Assembly (NCBI GenBank): GCA_041663185.1
Contig: JBAZQY010000002.1
Coordinates: forward strand, 10,629 to 74,628
Direction of reading: 5' to 3'
From: Minisyncoccota bacterium
Lineage (GTDB): Bacteria > Patescibacteriota > Minisyncoccia > Phycocordibacterales > UBA9973
Length of the DNA: 64,000 nucleotides
This document shows, one piece after another, positions 20,773-31,182 of the stretch. The notes beneath the pieces are model-generated. The model was not told where the DNA came from. It made no database searches and saw only the letters and a list, made by a program, of their open reading frames with translations. The position numbers and the translations under genes are program-made. The stretch's first letter is position 1, and each line of letters begins with the position of its first letter.

Positions 20773-21174
20773 ATGAAAAAAAGAAAAGTTATTAATATTT
20801 TAATTATTATTATTGCACTAGTGGCTTTGGCTTTTAGTTTTTATTTTTATTATAAATTAAATAAAATAGAAAATAATTCTGGAGTTATGATGCAGAAAGA
20901 TTTGGAAGATCTTTTATCAAAAGTTGGGGAACATTATCTTTTGCCGCAAGGAGAAGAACCAACATTAGCAACAGTTTCGGATCCAGAAGTTTTAAAGGGT
21001 CAATCATTTTTTCTTTCATCAGAAAAAGGGGATAAAGTTTTAATTTTTACTAAGGCTCGAAAAGCAGTACTCTATCGTCCAAGTATTGATAAAATTATTG
21101 AAATTACAACTGTTGATCAAAAAACAACTCCTCCAGCATCAACTAATGGACCAATCGGCAATGAGAATTTTTAA
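20773..21174 (+). CDS. Small membrane-anchored hypothetical protein
   Basis: N-terminal TM; LPQGEEPTLATV...GDKVLIF...LYRPSIDKII. Confidence 0.75.
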   Translation: MKKRKVINILIIIIALVALAFSFYFYYKLNKIENNSGVMMQKDLEDLLSKVGEHYLLPQGEEPTLATVSDPEVLKGQSFFLSSEKGDKVLIFTKARKAVLYRPSIDKIIEITTVDQKTTPPASTNGPIGNENF

Positions 21175-22648
21175 CTATTTTATTTTAATATTAATACTGC
21201 CATTACTTATTTGGCCATCACCTATTTATGCTTTTGATACAGGAGTGGTTAATCCGGGAACAATGGCCGATGATGCGGCGGTAGGAACTGCCTCTTGGAC
21301 TTTTCCTGATGGAGCAAAAACAAGTAATAATAGTCATGCATATGCATCAAGTACATCAACTGAAACTACTCATTATTTAAAAGCTACAAATTTTGGTTTT
21401 TCTATTCCGACTGGAGCCACAATAAATGGTATTTTAGTTGAGATTGAAAGATATTATGAAACATTAGGAGCGGGAACGGTAAAAGATTCAGAGGTTAAAA
21501 TTATAAAATCAGACGGAACTATTGGCACGACCGATAAGGCAGATACTATTAATGTTTGGCCCCTATCTGATACGTATAAATCTTACGGTTCTTCTTCTGA
21601 TTTGTGGGGAGAGACATGGGCATATTCAGATATAAACGATGCTGATTTTGGTGTTGTTTTGAGCGCCAGTCTTTTGGATGATTTTCCTTTTGCTTATGTT
21701 GACCACATTCGGATTACTGTTTATTACAGTACGGGATTTTCTTGTTCTGTAACTACAGCTGTAGGTTGTTCTGGTACAGTTATTCTTCGAATGTCTGGAA
21801 GTACCAACGCTCACCCAGAACTACCGAGCGAATCGAATGCTAATTATGCCAGTAATGTAGTTTGTTGTACTGGAATTGTCGGTTTAGGTAATTCTTGTTC
21901 TGGAAATTATGCAATTGTTGGAAAATTATCTTCTGCAACAAATGGGCACTTTCAAGAAAATACTTACGGAACCTATGGAAATAATTTTTGTTTATCAAGT
22001 ACCACTCCTGGAGATGAAATAACAATTGGATATCAAAACACTAATTGTTCGGGGTATGATACAACTTTATTTTCTACTTCTTCCTCGGATAATGGAACAG
22101 TCGGAGATGGTAATGCTTATACTCGCAAAATTTGTGGCACCGTAACTCCACTTTATATTTCTTTTTCTATTTCAGATAATTCAATTTATTTTGGAAACCT
22201 TCGATCATCTGGGGCCTGTTGGGCTCAAGGTACAGACCCAGGAGCTGTAGTTTGTCCAAGTCAGACAGAGACAGAAGCATTTAATATGACAGCCAGCACT
22301 AATGCAACTTCTGGTTATAGTATAACAGTACAAGGCCCGACACTTACCTTAGATGGAGGAGGAGATACTATAACTCCACTAGGTTCAAATACATTTTCTA
22401 ATCCTGGCACTGAACAATTTGGTATTAGGTTTACGGCAACTGGTGGTGCGGGTACAGTTACTGTACCATATGCAGCTTCTGGTTATGCTTATGTTGCCGA
22501 TGCTAATACTTCTGATGAAGTAGCGTCTTCTGTAGGTGATTCGGCTACGACTACTTACTCAGCTCGATATATTGCCAATATTTCTAATGTCACAGAAGCC
22601 GGTACTTATTCTGCCAATCACACCTATATACTGACAGGGACTTTTTAG
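21161..22648 (+). CDS. Secreted Cys-rich surface protein with C-terminal WxL/pilin-like domain
   Basis: Signal peptide from ATG 21161; C-terminal domain paralogous to 22762-23829. Confidence 0.7.
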   Translation: MRIFNYFILILILPLLIWPSPIYAFDTGVVNPGTMADDAAVGTASWTFPDGAKTSNNSHAYASSTSTETTHYLKATNFGFSIPTGATINGILVEIERYYETLGAGTVKDSEVKIIKSDGTIGTTDKADTINVWPLSDTYKSYGSSSDLWGETWAYSDINDADFGVVLSASLLDDFPFAYVDHIRITVYYSTGFSCSVTTAVGCSGTVILRMSGSTNAHPELPSESNANYASNVVCCTGIVGLGNSCSGNYAIVGKLSSATNGHFQENTYGTYGNNFCLSSTTPGDEITIGYQNTNCSGYDTTLFSTSSSDNGTVGDGNAYTRKICGTVTPLYISFSISDNSIYFGNLRSSGACWAQGTDPGAVVCPSQTETEAFNMTASTNATSGYSITVQGPTLTLDGGGDTITPLGSNTFSNPGTEQFGIRFTATGGAGTVTVPYAASGYAYVADANTSDEVASSVGDSATTTYSARYIANISNVTEAGTYSANHTYILTGTF

Positions 22649-22662
22649 AAAATAATTCAAAG

Positions 22663-22671
22663 TTATCCACA
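22663..22671 (+). promoter_or_regulatory. Perfect DnaA box TTATCCACA
   Basis: Exact consensus, intergenic. Confidence 0.55.
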
Positions 22672-22761
22672 GAGCTATATTAATATGTCTTTTTTAGAAA
22701 ATATGTTATATAATGTAATTATAGATAAAGGTTGTTTAGTAACTAATAATTAATAATATTT

Positions 22762-23829
22762 ATGTTTAAAATTAAGAGTTTGTTTTTTTCAAAGATAACA
22801 AGCATCGTTACTATTGTTGCTCTTTCTTTGGTTGTTTCTATTGGACCGAATTTAGTGAATGCTGCGAGTCTAACCGCGCTTAAAGATACTCTAAGTACAG
22901 AGTCAGCGACTACGGTAGCTAATCACACGATTCAGTTCACTACTCCAACCGGAGTGGCTTCAGGCCAAACTATTATTTTGACTTTTGATAACAGTACCAG
23001 CGTACCGGTTGCTCTTGACTATACTGATATTGACTTAACTGATGATACGGTAGATGTAACTTTGGCGGCAGCTCCATCGGGAGCAACTTGGGGAGTTGTT
23101 AGAACTTCGAGTACGGTTATTACATTTACTAACGGTACAACTGCAGTTGCCGCGGCTAGTGTTATCGCTATTGAGATTGGTACGCATGCCACTGCTGGTG
23201 TTACTGGTGATCAACAAATAACTAACGGTTCTGCTGGGACCACTTTGCTCACTATCTCTGGAACTTTTACTGATACTGGAACAATTGGTATGCCAATAAT
23301 TACCGATAGTGTGGTAGTTGTTAATGCTCTTGTTCAACCAACTATTTCATTTACTGTTTCTGATAATACAATTTATTTTGGAAACTTAAGAACAGCTGGA
23401 GCTTGTTTTGCTCAAGGTACAGATCCTGGAGCAGTAACTTGTCCGACGACTTCAGAAACAGAAGCTTTCAATCTAACTGCTGGAACCAATGCAACTTCTG
23501 GATACTCGATAACTGTTTATGGGCCAACTCTTACTTCTGGAGCTAATACCATTACCGCTATCGGTGGTACAAATTCGGCTTCTTCCCCCGGTTCTGAACA
23601 ATTTGGAATCAGACTTACAGCGACAGGTGGTTCGGGTGCGGTTTCTGCTCCTTATGCAGATGCTGGTTTTGCTTATGATGCCGCGGCTGCTCCAGATGAG
23701 ATAGCTGCAGCGACTGGTCCATCGGCTACTACCACTTACTCAGCTCGATATCTTGCAAATATTTCGGCTGTCACCGAAGCAGGTACTTATTCAACTAGCC
23801 ATACTCTTGTTGCCACTGCGACATATTAA
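22762..23829 (+). CDS. Secreted Thr/Ala-rich subunit with WxL/pilin-like C-terminal domain
   Basis: Signal peptide; ends AGTYSTSHTLVATATY. Confidence 0.7.
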   Translation: MFKIKSLFFSKITSIVTIVALSLVVSIGPNLVNAASLTALKDTLSTESATTVANHTIQFTTPTGVASGQTIILTFDNSTSVPVALDYTDIDLTDDTVDVTLAAAPSGATWGVVRTSSTVITFTNGTTAVAAASVIAIEIGTHATAGVTGDQQITNGSAGTTLLTISGTFTDTGTIGMPIITDSVVVVNALVQPTISFTVSDNTIYFGNLRTAGACFAQGTDPGAVTCPTTSETEAFNLTAGTNATSGYSITVYGPTLTSGANTITAIGGTNSASSPGSEQFGIRLTATGGSGAVSAPYADAGFAYDAAAAPDEIAAATGPSATTTYSARYLANISAVTEAGTYSTSHTLVATATY

Positions 23830-23852
23830 TTAATTTGGGATTTATATAAATT

Positions 23853-24884
23853 ATGAATTTTCTAAAAATTAAAAGCGTATCTGTCTTGATTGTTGTTTTT
23901 TTGGGAATGCTTTTTGTGTCTAAACCATTGCTTGTCGATGCCCTTTCAGTTTCTCCAGTTCGATTAGAAATTAAAGGTAATCCAGGTCAAGAATTAAATA
24001 CAGAGATGACCTTGACGAATGATACAGAAAATTCGCAAACATTTTATTCATCATTTGCAAATTTTGAAGCCCAAGGAGAAACAGGCAATCCTGCCTTTGT
24101 AGAATCAAAAGATGATTTAGATAAATGGATGGCAACAAGTACATCAATTACTTTAAATCCGGGAGAGAGTTTAATTGTTCCAATAAAAATTAACATACCG
24201 ATTGATGCAGAAGCCGGAGGACATTTCGCTGCAGTATTTTGGGGAACTTCACCAAATAGACCAGAAGCATCAGCTGTTACGATCGGAGCAAAAATCGGAA
24301 TGCTTATTCTTTTATCGATAAATGGAGAAGTTGAAGAAGCTGGAGGACTTCTGGAGTTTTCAACTATTGATGGGAAATTTTGGTACAATACTTTACCAGT
24401 ATCTTTTCGTTATCGTTTTAAAAATGATGGAGGTGACAGGATAAAACCAATGGGAATAGCTAGAATTAGAAATACCGTTTTTATTCCAGTAGATAAAGTA
24501 AATGCTAATATTTCAGAAGGTAACGTTTTACCTGGTAGTATTCGTCGTTTTGAATTCGATTGGTTAAGGAGTCCACGCGCTAAGAATTTCATTGCCCCCG
24601 ATGGAGTAATTGCTCAATTTTTTGATACAGCCTTATATCAATTTAAAAATTTTGCGGTAGGTTTATATTCAGCTCGTCTTAATCTTTCGTATGGAACTCA
24701 AGAAATTAATACATCTATGACGACATATTTCTTTGTTTTCCCTTGGCAGATGCTTATTTGTTTAATTATTGTGCTTTTGATTGTATTTTGGGGAGGGAAT
24801 AAACTACTAAAACGATACAATAGATACATAATACAAAAGGCACGTCTTGGTATCCATTTACCAAACGAGGCTAATCATGGTTAG
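23853..24884 (+). CDS. DUF916/chaperone-like Ig-fold membrane protein
   Basis: LSVSPVRLE, IPIDAEAGGHFAAV, FKNDGG, NVLPGSIR, C-terminal TM. Confidence 0.65.
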   Translation: MNFLKIKSVSVLIVVFLGMLFVSKPLLVDALSVSPVRLEIKGNPGQELNTEMTLTNDTENSQTFYSSFANFEAQGETGNPAFVESKDDLDKWMATSTSITLNPGESLIVPIKINIPIDAEAGGHFAAVFWGTSPNRPEASAVTIGAKIGMLILLSINGEVEEAGGLLEFSTIDGKFWYNTLPVSFRYRFKNDGGDRIKPMGIARIRNTVFIPVDKVNANISEGNVLPGSIRRFEFDWLRSPRAKNFIAPDGVIAQFFDTALYQFKNFAVGLYSARLNLSYGTQEINTSMTTYFFVFPWQMLICLIIVLLIVFWGGNKLLKRYNRYIIQKARLGIHLPNEANHG

Positions 24885-25797
24885 TTTTAAATTTACTAGC
24901 AAGCTAATATTTTTTCTATTTGCGGTTTTTTTTATTCCGCAATTTATATTTGCAACTGATATTTTTGATACTTCCGAAGTAACAATATCTGCTCAAGTTA
25001 TTTCAAGTGGAGTTGATGAGGGGGGTGGAGGTGGTTCTAGTGGAAGTAGTATTGAAACTGAAAAAATAAATATTTCTACGATTGTGAATTTTTCGGGAAT
25101 GGCTTATCCTTTCGCCAAGGTATTCATTCTCCAAGATGGCCAAATTGTTGCAACTACAATAGCCAATGAAGAAGCTTATTTTTCTGTCTCATTATCAAAT
25201 CTATCCACCGATACATATACTTTTTCGGTATATGGAGAAGATTCAAGCAATAGAAAATCTTCGTTTTTTTCTTTTCCGATTTTTATTACTTCCGGTACAA
25301 TTGTAAATATTGGTAATATATTTTTATCACCAACCATTGAGATAAATAAGAGTGAAGTTAAAAAAGGAGACAATTTGATTATTTTTGGACAAAGTATTCC
25401 ACAGAAAGAAATTACTATTTCTGTTCATTCAGGCCAAGAATATTTTTATAAAGTGATGTCTGATATGACTGGCGCTTATTTATATGATTTAAATACTTCA
25501 TTACTTGATTTAGGTAAACATCAAACTAAATCAAAAACCACTTCGAACGATCACATTAGTTTATATACGACCCCGTTAGTATTCTTGGTGGGAGTTGTAA
25601 ATAAATCAAAAGATGAAACAATCTGTTCATTTTTGCGAGGAGATTTAAATTGTGACAACCATGTCAATTTGATTGATTTTTCAATTATGGCTTATTGGTA
25701 TAAAAAAATAAATCCACCAGAAAAAGTCGATCTGAATAATGATGGTAAAATTACTTTAGTTGATTTTAGTATAATGGCATTTAATTGGACTGGTTAA
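24877..25797 (+). CDS. Secreted Ig-like protein with C-terminal dockerin type I-like domain
   Basis: Duplicated Ca-loop motifs GDLNCDNHVNLIDFSIM and VDLNNDGKITLVDFSIM. Confidence 0.8.
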   Translation: MVSFKFTSKLIFFLFAVFFIPQFIFATDIFDTSEVTISAQVISSGVDEGGGGGSSGSSIETEKINISTIVNFSGMAYPFAKVFILQDGQIVATTIANEEAYFSVSLSNLSTDTYTFSVYGEDSSNRKSSFFSFPIFITSGTIVNIGNIFLSPTIEINKSEVKKGDNLIIFGQSIPQKEITISVHSGQEYFYKVMSDMTGAYLYDLNTSLLDLGKHQTKSKTTSNDHISLYTTPLVFLVGVVNKSKDETICSFLRGDLNCDNHVNLIDFSIMAYWYKKINPPEKVDLNNDGKITLVDFSIMAFNWTG

Positions 25798-25800
25798 TAT

Positions 25801-26685
25801 ATGAAAAAAATATCATTTAAAAAAATAATATTGTTGATTTTAATACTTTCTTTTTCTGTTTATATGAAAACAGAAGCAGCTTCTATCACTTTAGAAACCC
25901 CCAAAAAACAAGTTGGAATTGGGGAACAGTTTTATGTTGATTTAATATTGGATCCAGACAATCAATCAATCAATACAATTTCTGGAAATATTTCATTTTC
26001 GAGTGGATTAGTTTCATTTATAAGAGCAGAGGAAGCTAAATCTATGGTCCATCTATGGATTGATCATCCAACCATTATTGATAACAGGATCTCTTTTTCT
26101 GGGATAATGCCAAATGGATTTGATGGAGTGATCGATCCATTTAATCAATCACACAAATTACCTGGGCTTATCATCCGTCTTGTTTTTGAAGCATCAAAAC
26201 CTGGAGATGCCGATATTATAACCACTACATTTGTTTTGAATTTAAATGATGGTCAGGGAACAGAAATTTTAGTTTCGCCTGTGCATAATTCTATTAATAT
26301 TGGTAATTTTGTAAATAATTTTAAATATGAAAATAATACAAAAAAAGCCCCAGAGCTTGAAGCATATATAACTCGTGATCCAAATATCTATAATAATAAG
26401 TACATTCTCATATTTTTAGCCAACGATAAAACAACTGGCATAAAAAATGTTATGATAAAAGAAGGGAAAAGGGACTGGAAGGAAATAGAAAGTCCTTATT
26501 TATTGGAAGACCAGTCGCGACACAGCCTGATTACCCTACAAGCTACTAATTTTTCTGGTTTGAGTACTGTTCGTAATATTGATAAAATACCTTATAGATG
26601 GGGGATACTCGTTCCAATCTTAGTTGTGATTATAGTAGTAATATCCATCTTTATTATTAAAAAGAAATATGTTCATAAAAAATAA
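25801..26685 (+). CDS. Cohesin-like domain protein with C-terminal TM anchor
   Basis: VGIGEQFYVDL, INTISGNISF, NDGQGT. Confidence 0.7.
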   Translation: MKKISFKKIILLILILSFSVYMKTEAASITLETPKKQVGIGEQFYVDLILDPDNQSINTISGNISFSSGLVSFIRAEEAKSMVHLWIDHPTIIDNRISFSGIMPNGFDGVIDPFNQSHKLPGLIIRLVFEASKPGDADIITTTFVLNLNDGQGTEILVSPVHNSINIGNFVNNFKYENNTKKAPELEAYITRDPNIYNNKYILIFLANDKTTGIKNVMIKEGKRDWKEIESPYLLEDQSRHSLITLQATNFSGLSTVRNIDKIPYRWGILVPILVVIIVVISIFIIKKKYVHKK

Positions 26686-27556
26686 AAATTTATCTCTTGT
26701 TTTTTTCTTTCTATTTTTTTTATTATCTTTTTTTATTACTAAAGAGACATTTGCAGCAACCGTTAATTTTTCTCCAATTTCAGGAACCTACAATGTTGGA
26801 GATACCATAAAAATAAAAATACTTGTTTCCAGTGATCAATCTATAAATGCTGTTGCAGGACACATTTTTTTCCCATCAGATATTTTGTCAATAGTTTCTT
26901 TATCAAAAGATTCATCCATTATAAATTTTTGGGCGCTAGAACCGTCTTTTTCAAATACCACTGGCCTCATCGCTTTTGAAGGAATTGCTTTGAGTGGTTA
27001 TATCGGAGACGCTGGAGATATTATGACTCTGATTTTTCGAGCAGAATCAGCTGGAGTTGCCGCCTTACGATTTTCGGATATCTCTATTTTAGCTAATGAT
27101 GGAAAAGGAACAGATATATCTTCTGATAATTTATTTAGTGGATCTATAAATATAGAAAAAACTGATAAAAAAATAAATAATCTTGTGGCACAATCAGTAG
27201 CTTCAAATATTGTTGAAAAAATTAAAGAAATTGAGATTTCTAATCATTTACCAAGTAAATCCCTTTTAATTACAACAGCGACTGCTTCTATAATTATTCT
27301 TGGTTTTGTTATTATTTATTTATTTGCTTTTATTTTTCGATTAAAAAAATATTTTAAAACTAAAGTATTAGAAACCAAAAAGATTATTTTTAAAAACTTT
27401 AAAAATCTAGAAAAAAATATTGAATCACAAGCAGTAAGTTCTCAAAAACCAGAAGAACCTGAAATGAATCAAAAGGATGCTGGTATTTTAAGAGAAATTG
27501 TTGGAACCAAAGACGAGATTATTAAAGAGGTTGAAAAAACAGAAAATATTTTATGA
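26669..27556 (+). CDS. Cohesin-like domain membrane protein
   Basis: SPISGTYNVGDTI, INAVAGHIFFP, SIINFWALEP, LANDGKGT. Confidence 0.75.
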   Translation: MFIKNKNLSLVFFFLFFLLSFFITKETFAATVNFSPISGTYNVGDTIKIKILVSSDQSINAVAGHIFFPSDILSIVSLSKDSSIINFWALEPSFSNTTGLIAFEGIALSGYIGDAGDIMTLIFRAESAGVAALRFSDISILANDGKGTDISSDNLFSGSINIEKTDKKINNLVAQSVASNIVEKIKEIEISNHLPSKSLLITTATASIIILGFVIIYLFAFIFRLKKYFKTKVLETKKIIFKNFKNLEKNIESQAVSSQKPEEPEMNQKDAGILREIVGTKDEIIKEVEKTENIL

Positions 27557-28902
27557 ATTACTTTCCCAAAAAAACTTTTCCTGGTTTAGCCTTAATATTT
27601 ATAGGGATATTGGTGTTACCAGTCTTTTTCTTTGCTGAATCTGCTATAAATTTAGATGGCCCATCTCTTTTACCTAAGGCGGAAATTTTTACTACACCTC
27701 GCACTGGTGATTTTCTTGTGGGTTCAACATTTGAAGTTCCAATTTATATAAATACTCAAGGTCATAGTATAAATACAGTTAATATAAAATTAACTTTTGA
27801 CCCATCAAAATTATCAGTAGTAAAACCTTCGGGCGGGAAATCAATTTTTGGAATTTGGCTTGAACCGCCAAGTTATGATAACAAGAATGGCACAGCTAGT
27901 TTTGTTGGAGTTATTCCAAATGGTATTGTGACTAGTTCTGGGCTTATTGCTACGGTCACATTTAAAGCTCTCTCAACAGGAGACACTCGTATCAATTTAA
28001 ATAATTATTCTAGTGCCAATTTGAATGATGGAGTTGGTTCTAATGTTAAATTAAGTCTAATTGGGTCTTCATTTCACATCAGTCCTCGGACTCCAGAAGG
28101 GGTGCGTATTTATTCCGATACTCATCCATATGAAGATCATTGGTATAATAATAGTTCTCCTATTATAAAATGGGATTCTCCAGATGGAGTGAATGGTTTT
28201 AGTCTGCTAATGGATTTAAATCCGGGTAGTATTCCACCGACTGCTATTAATTCTCAGAATGCGTCAATTTTTTATGAAAATTTAAAAGACGGAGTGTGGT
28301 ACTTACATGTCCGAGCAAATATTAATGGTGTATGGGGCAACACTTCTCATTTTCAGATAAAGATAGATACAAATTCGCCAGCTTTTTTTGCCCCCACAAT
28401 AGATATCTTAAAGGATAGTTATAAATCAAAAAAATATTTAATTTCATTTATTACAACTGATTCATTATCCAGTATGAATCATTACGAAATTGGTGTTTTG
28501 AGTAAAGATGAAGAAAATATTTCTTCTCCGATTTTTGTTGAATCAGAAAGTCCATATTTAATTACAGACACAAGTGACAATACCCATGTCATTGTGAGAG
28601 CATACGACAATGCTGGAAATATCAGAGAAGCCTCTATTGATCTTTACCCTGGAGTGACTTTTGTGATGGCTTTGAAAAAATACGCTCTATATTTATTTAT
28701 GATTTTGACCTTCATCCTTTTGTTGGAACTCATCTTACATTATTTATTTGGTCATCATATTGTTGATCATTTAAAAAAGATGTTTTTAATTTTCAAAAAG
28801 ATTTCCAAGGATGATAAAAATTATAAAGAAATAGAAAATGAATTAAATAAACTCGACAGTTCTGATAATTTTCAAACTCAAAATAATGAAAAAAACCTTT
28901 AA
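27553..28902 (+). CDS. Cohesin-like plus Ig-like domain membrane protein
   Basis: VGSTFEVPIY, INTVNIKLTFDP, NDGVG, SDTHP...WY, DGVWYLHVRA, RAYDNAGN, C-terminal TM. Confidence 0.72.
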   Translation: MNYFPKKTFPGLALIFIGILVLPVFFFAESAINLDGPSLLPKAEIFTTPRTGDFLVGSTFEVPIYINTQGHSINTVNIKLTFDPSKLSVVKPSGGKSIFGIWLEPPSYDNKNGTASFVGVIPNGIVTSSGLIATVTFKALSTGDTRINLNNYSSANLNDGVGSNVKLSLIGSSFHISPRTPEGVRIYSDTHPYEDHWYNNSSPIIKWDSPDGVNGFSLLMDLNPGSIPPTAINSQNASIFYENLKDGVWYLHVRANINGVWGNTSHFQIKIDTNSPAFFAPTIDILKDSYKSKKYLISFITTDSLSSMNHYEIGVLSKDEENISSPIFVESESPYLITDTSDNTHVIVRAYDNAGNIREASIDLYPGVTFVMALKKYALYLFMILTFILLLELILHYLFGHHIVDHLKKMFLIFKKISKDDKNYKEIENELNKLDSSDNFQTQNNEKNL

Positions 28903-28994
28903 AATAAAGGGTTTTAGCCCCTTTATTTAAGTCTAAAATTCTGATATAATAAGATCATAAATCGCCCGTTTTTAGGGTGTTTTAGATTTAAAAA

Positions 28995-31091
28995 ATGGCT
29001 AAAAAAGAAGAAAAAAAGACAATAAAATATGGAGCCGATCAAATATCTGTTCTTGAGGGGCTTGAGCCAGTTAGACGACGCCCAGGAATGTATATTGGTT
29101 CAACCGGGATTGAAGGACTTCATCATTTGATTTGGGAAATTTTCGACAATTCTCGAGATGAGGCGATGGGTGGCTTTTGTGATCACATCGAAGTAGTTCT
29201 CTTGCCGGATAATTCTATTCGAGTTACTGATAATGGGCGTGGTATACCAGTTGACATTCATCCTAAAACAAAAGTCTCTGCTCTTGAGACGGTTATGACA
29301 ACACTTCACGCTGGGGGAAAATTTGGAGGTGACGATAGTGGTTATAAAGTCTCTGGTGGGTTACATGGAGTTGGAGCTTCAGTTGTCAATGCACTATCTA
29401 TTTTTACTCGAGCGGAAGTTCATCGTGATGGAGGGAAATACACACAAGAATATAGTCAGGGTAAACGCAAGGCTCAAGTTAAAAAAGTCAGTGCTTCTAA
29501 GAATCACGGGACGATTATTTCCTTTAAGCCCGATGAAGAAATATTTAAACAAATTAAGTTTGATTTAGAAACAGTTGCTAATCATTTACGCCAGCAGGCT
29601 TACTTAGTTAAAGGTTTACGGATAGATATTTTAGATGCCAGAGAATGGGACCCTCTTTCTGGTGGAAAGGGTAAAAAAGATTTTGATGATATTTTTTGGT
29701 TTAGAGAACTTGAACTTGAAATTCCATCAACAACTTTTTATTTTGAAGGAGGATTAGTTTCTCTTGTGAAATTTTATAATAAAACGGAAAAACCAATTCA
29801 TTCGACTGTATTTTATGTTGAAAAAGAAATAGATAAAGTTGGAGTCGAAGTGGCTTTACAGTATGTTGATGATATTAATTACGACATAATTCCTTTTGCT
29901 AATAATATTTATAATAATGAGGGTGGAACACATGTGACTGGTTTCAAAACCGCTCTGACTCGCGTCTTAAATACTTATGGCAAGAAAAATAATTTAATTA
30001 AAGAATCCGACGGGGGATTAACTGGCGACGATGTACTTGAAGGATTAACAGCAGTTATTTCGGTTAAACTCATGGAGATTCAGTTTGAAGGGCAGACGAA
30101 AGCCAAGCTTGGTTCAACTGAAGCCCAGGGTGCCGTAGCCACAGTCTTTGGTGATGCTTTCTCGGCCTTTTTAGAAGAAAATCCAGATGAAGCTAAGTCT
30201 ATCATAAGTAAATCTTTGCTTGCTCTTCGAGCCCGTAAAGCTGCCAAAGCTGCCAAAGATTCAGTTCTTCGAAAAGGAGCACTTGAAGGGATGACCCTTC
30301 CAGGAAAGCTTGCTGATTGTCAGGTTAAAGATGCATCTTCTGCAGAATTATTTATTGTGGAGGGAGATTCGGCTGGTGGTACTGCAAAAATGGGGCGAGA
30401 TAGGAAAACTCAAGCCATACTTCCACTTCGAGGAAAAATTTTAAACGTTGAAAGAGCCCGTCTGGATAGAATGCTCGGAAGTGAACAGATTAAGAATCTT
30501 GTTATTGCGATGGGAACTTCTATTGGAGATACTTTTGATTTGGAAAAAATGCGTTATCATAAAATAATTATTGCCACCGATGCCGATGTCGATGGAGCAC
30601 ATATTCGCACTCTTATTTTGACTTTAATGTATAGATATTTCCGACCTGTGCTTGATGCTGGGTATGTCTATATCGCACAACCACCACTTTTCAAAATTAA
30701 GCGTGGTAAAGAAATAATGTACGCTTATTCAGACGAAGAGCGTGATAAATTACTTGGGAAAGATGCAGAATCACTTGAAGAATTATTACAAGAATCTGCA
30801 AATGAATCTACTGATGTTGAAAGTTCTGATGAGACGACGGAAGAAGAAGAAACAAAAAATAAGAAAGCCTCAACCAAAATTCACGTTCAGAGATATAAAG
30901 GTTTGGGAGAAATGAACTCAGAAGAACTTTGGGAGACAACGATGGATCCTTCTAAACGAGTTTTAAAACAAGTTGCAGTTTCTGATGCCGAAGGAGCAAA
31001 TAAAGTATTTGATATGTTGATGGGTAGTGAAGTTCCTCCAAGAAAAACGTTCATCCAATCCAACGCCAAAATGGCCAATTTGGATATATAA
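28995..31091 (+). CDS. gyrB: DNA gyrase subunit B
   Basis: VRRRPGMYIG, GGLHGVG, EGDSAGG, PLRGKILN, QRYKGLGEMN. Confidence 0.95.
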   Translation: MAKKEEKKTIKYGADQISVLEGLEPVRRRPGMYIGSTGIEGLHHLIWEIFDNSRDEAMGGFCDHIEVVLLPDNSIRVTDNGRGIPVDIHPKTKVSALETVMTTLHAGGKFGGDDSGYKVSGGLHGVGASVVNALSIFTRAEVHRDGGKYTQEYSQGKRKAQVKKVSASKNHGTIISFKPDEEIFKQIKFDLETVANHLRQQAYLVKGLRIDILDAREWDPLSGGKGKKDFDDIFWFRELELEIPSTTFYFEGGLVSLVKFYNKTEKPIHSTVFYVEKEIDKVGVEVALQYVDDINYDIIPFANNIYNNEGGTHVTGFKTALTRVLNTYGKKNNLIKESDGGLTGDDVLEGLTAVISVKLMEIQFEGQTKAKLGSTEAQGAVATVFGDAFSAFLEENPDEAKSIISKSLLALRARKAAKAAKDSVLRKGALEGMTLPGKLADCQVKDASSAELFIVEGDSAGGTAKMGRDRKTQAILPLRGKILNVERARLDRMLGSEQIKNLVIAMGTSIGDTFDLEKMRYHKIIIATDADVDGAHIRTLILTLMYRYFRPVLDAGYVYIAQPPLFKIKRGKEIMYAYSDEERDKLLGKDAESLEELLQESANESTDVESSDETTEEEETKNKKASTKIHVQRYKGLGEMNSEELWETTMDPSKRVLKQVAVSDAEGANKVFDMLMGSEVPPRKTFIQSNAKMANLDI

Positions 31092-31119
31092 AATTTAGAT
31101 AAAAACTTGCAAAAAGTTG

Positions 31120-31153
31120 TTCCAATATACAAACGGTCGTTCATATATTGGAA
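31120..31153. repeat. 34-bp imperfect palindrome, upstream copy for PaaX-like gene 1
   Basis: TTCCAATATACAAACGGTCGTTCATATATTGGAA; 29/34 identical to 31777-31810. Confidence 0.85.
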
Positions 31154-31182
31154 AAATAATAATTTTAATATACAATATAAAT

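Noticed and set aside
29650-29668. Possible degenerate mini-insertion in gyrB (DPLSGGK)
   Set aside because: Too degenerate to assign without an orthologue alignment
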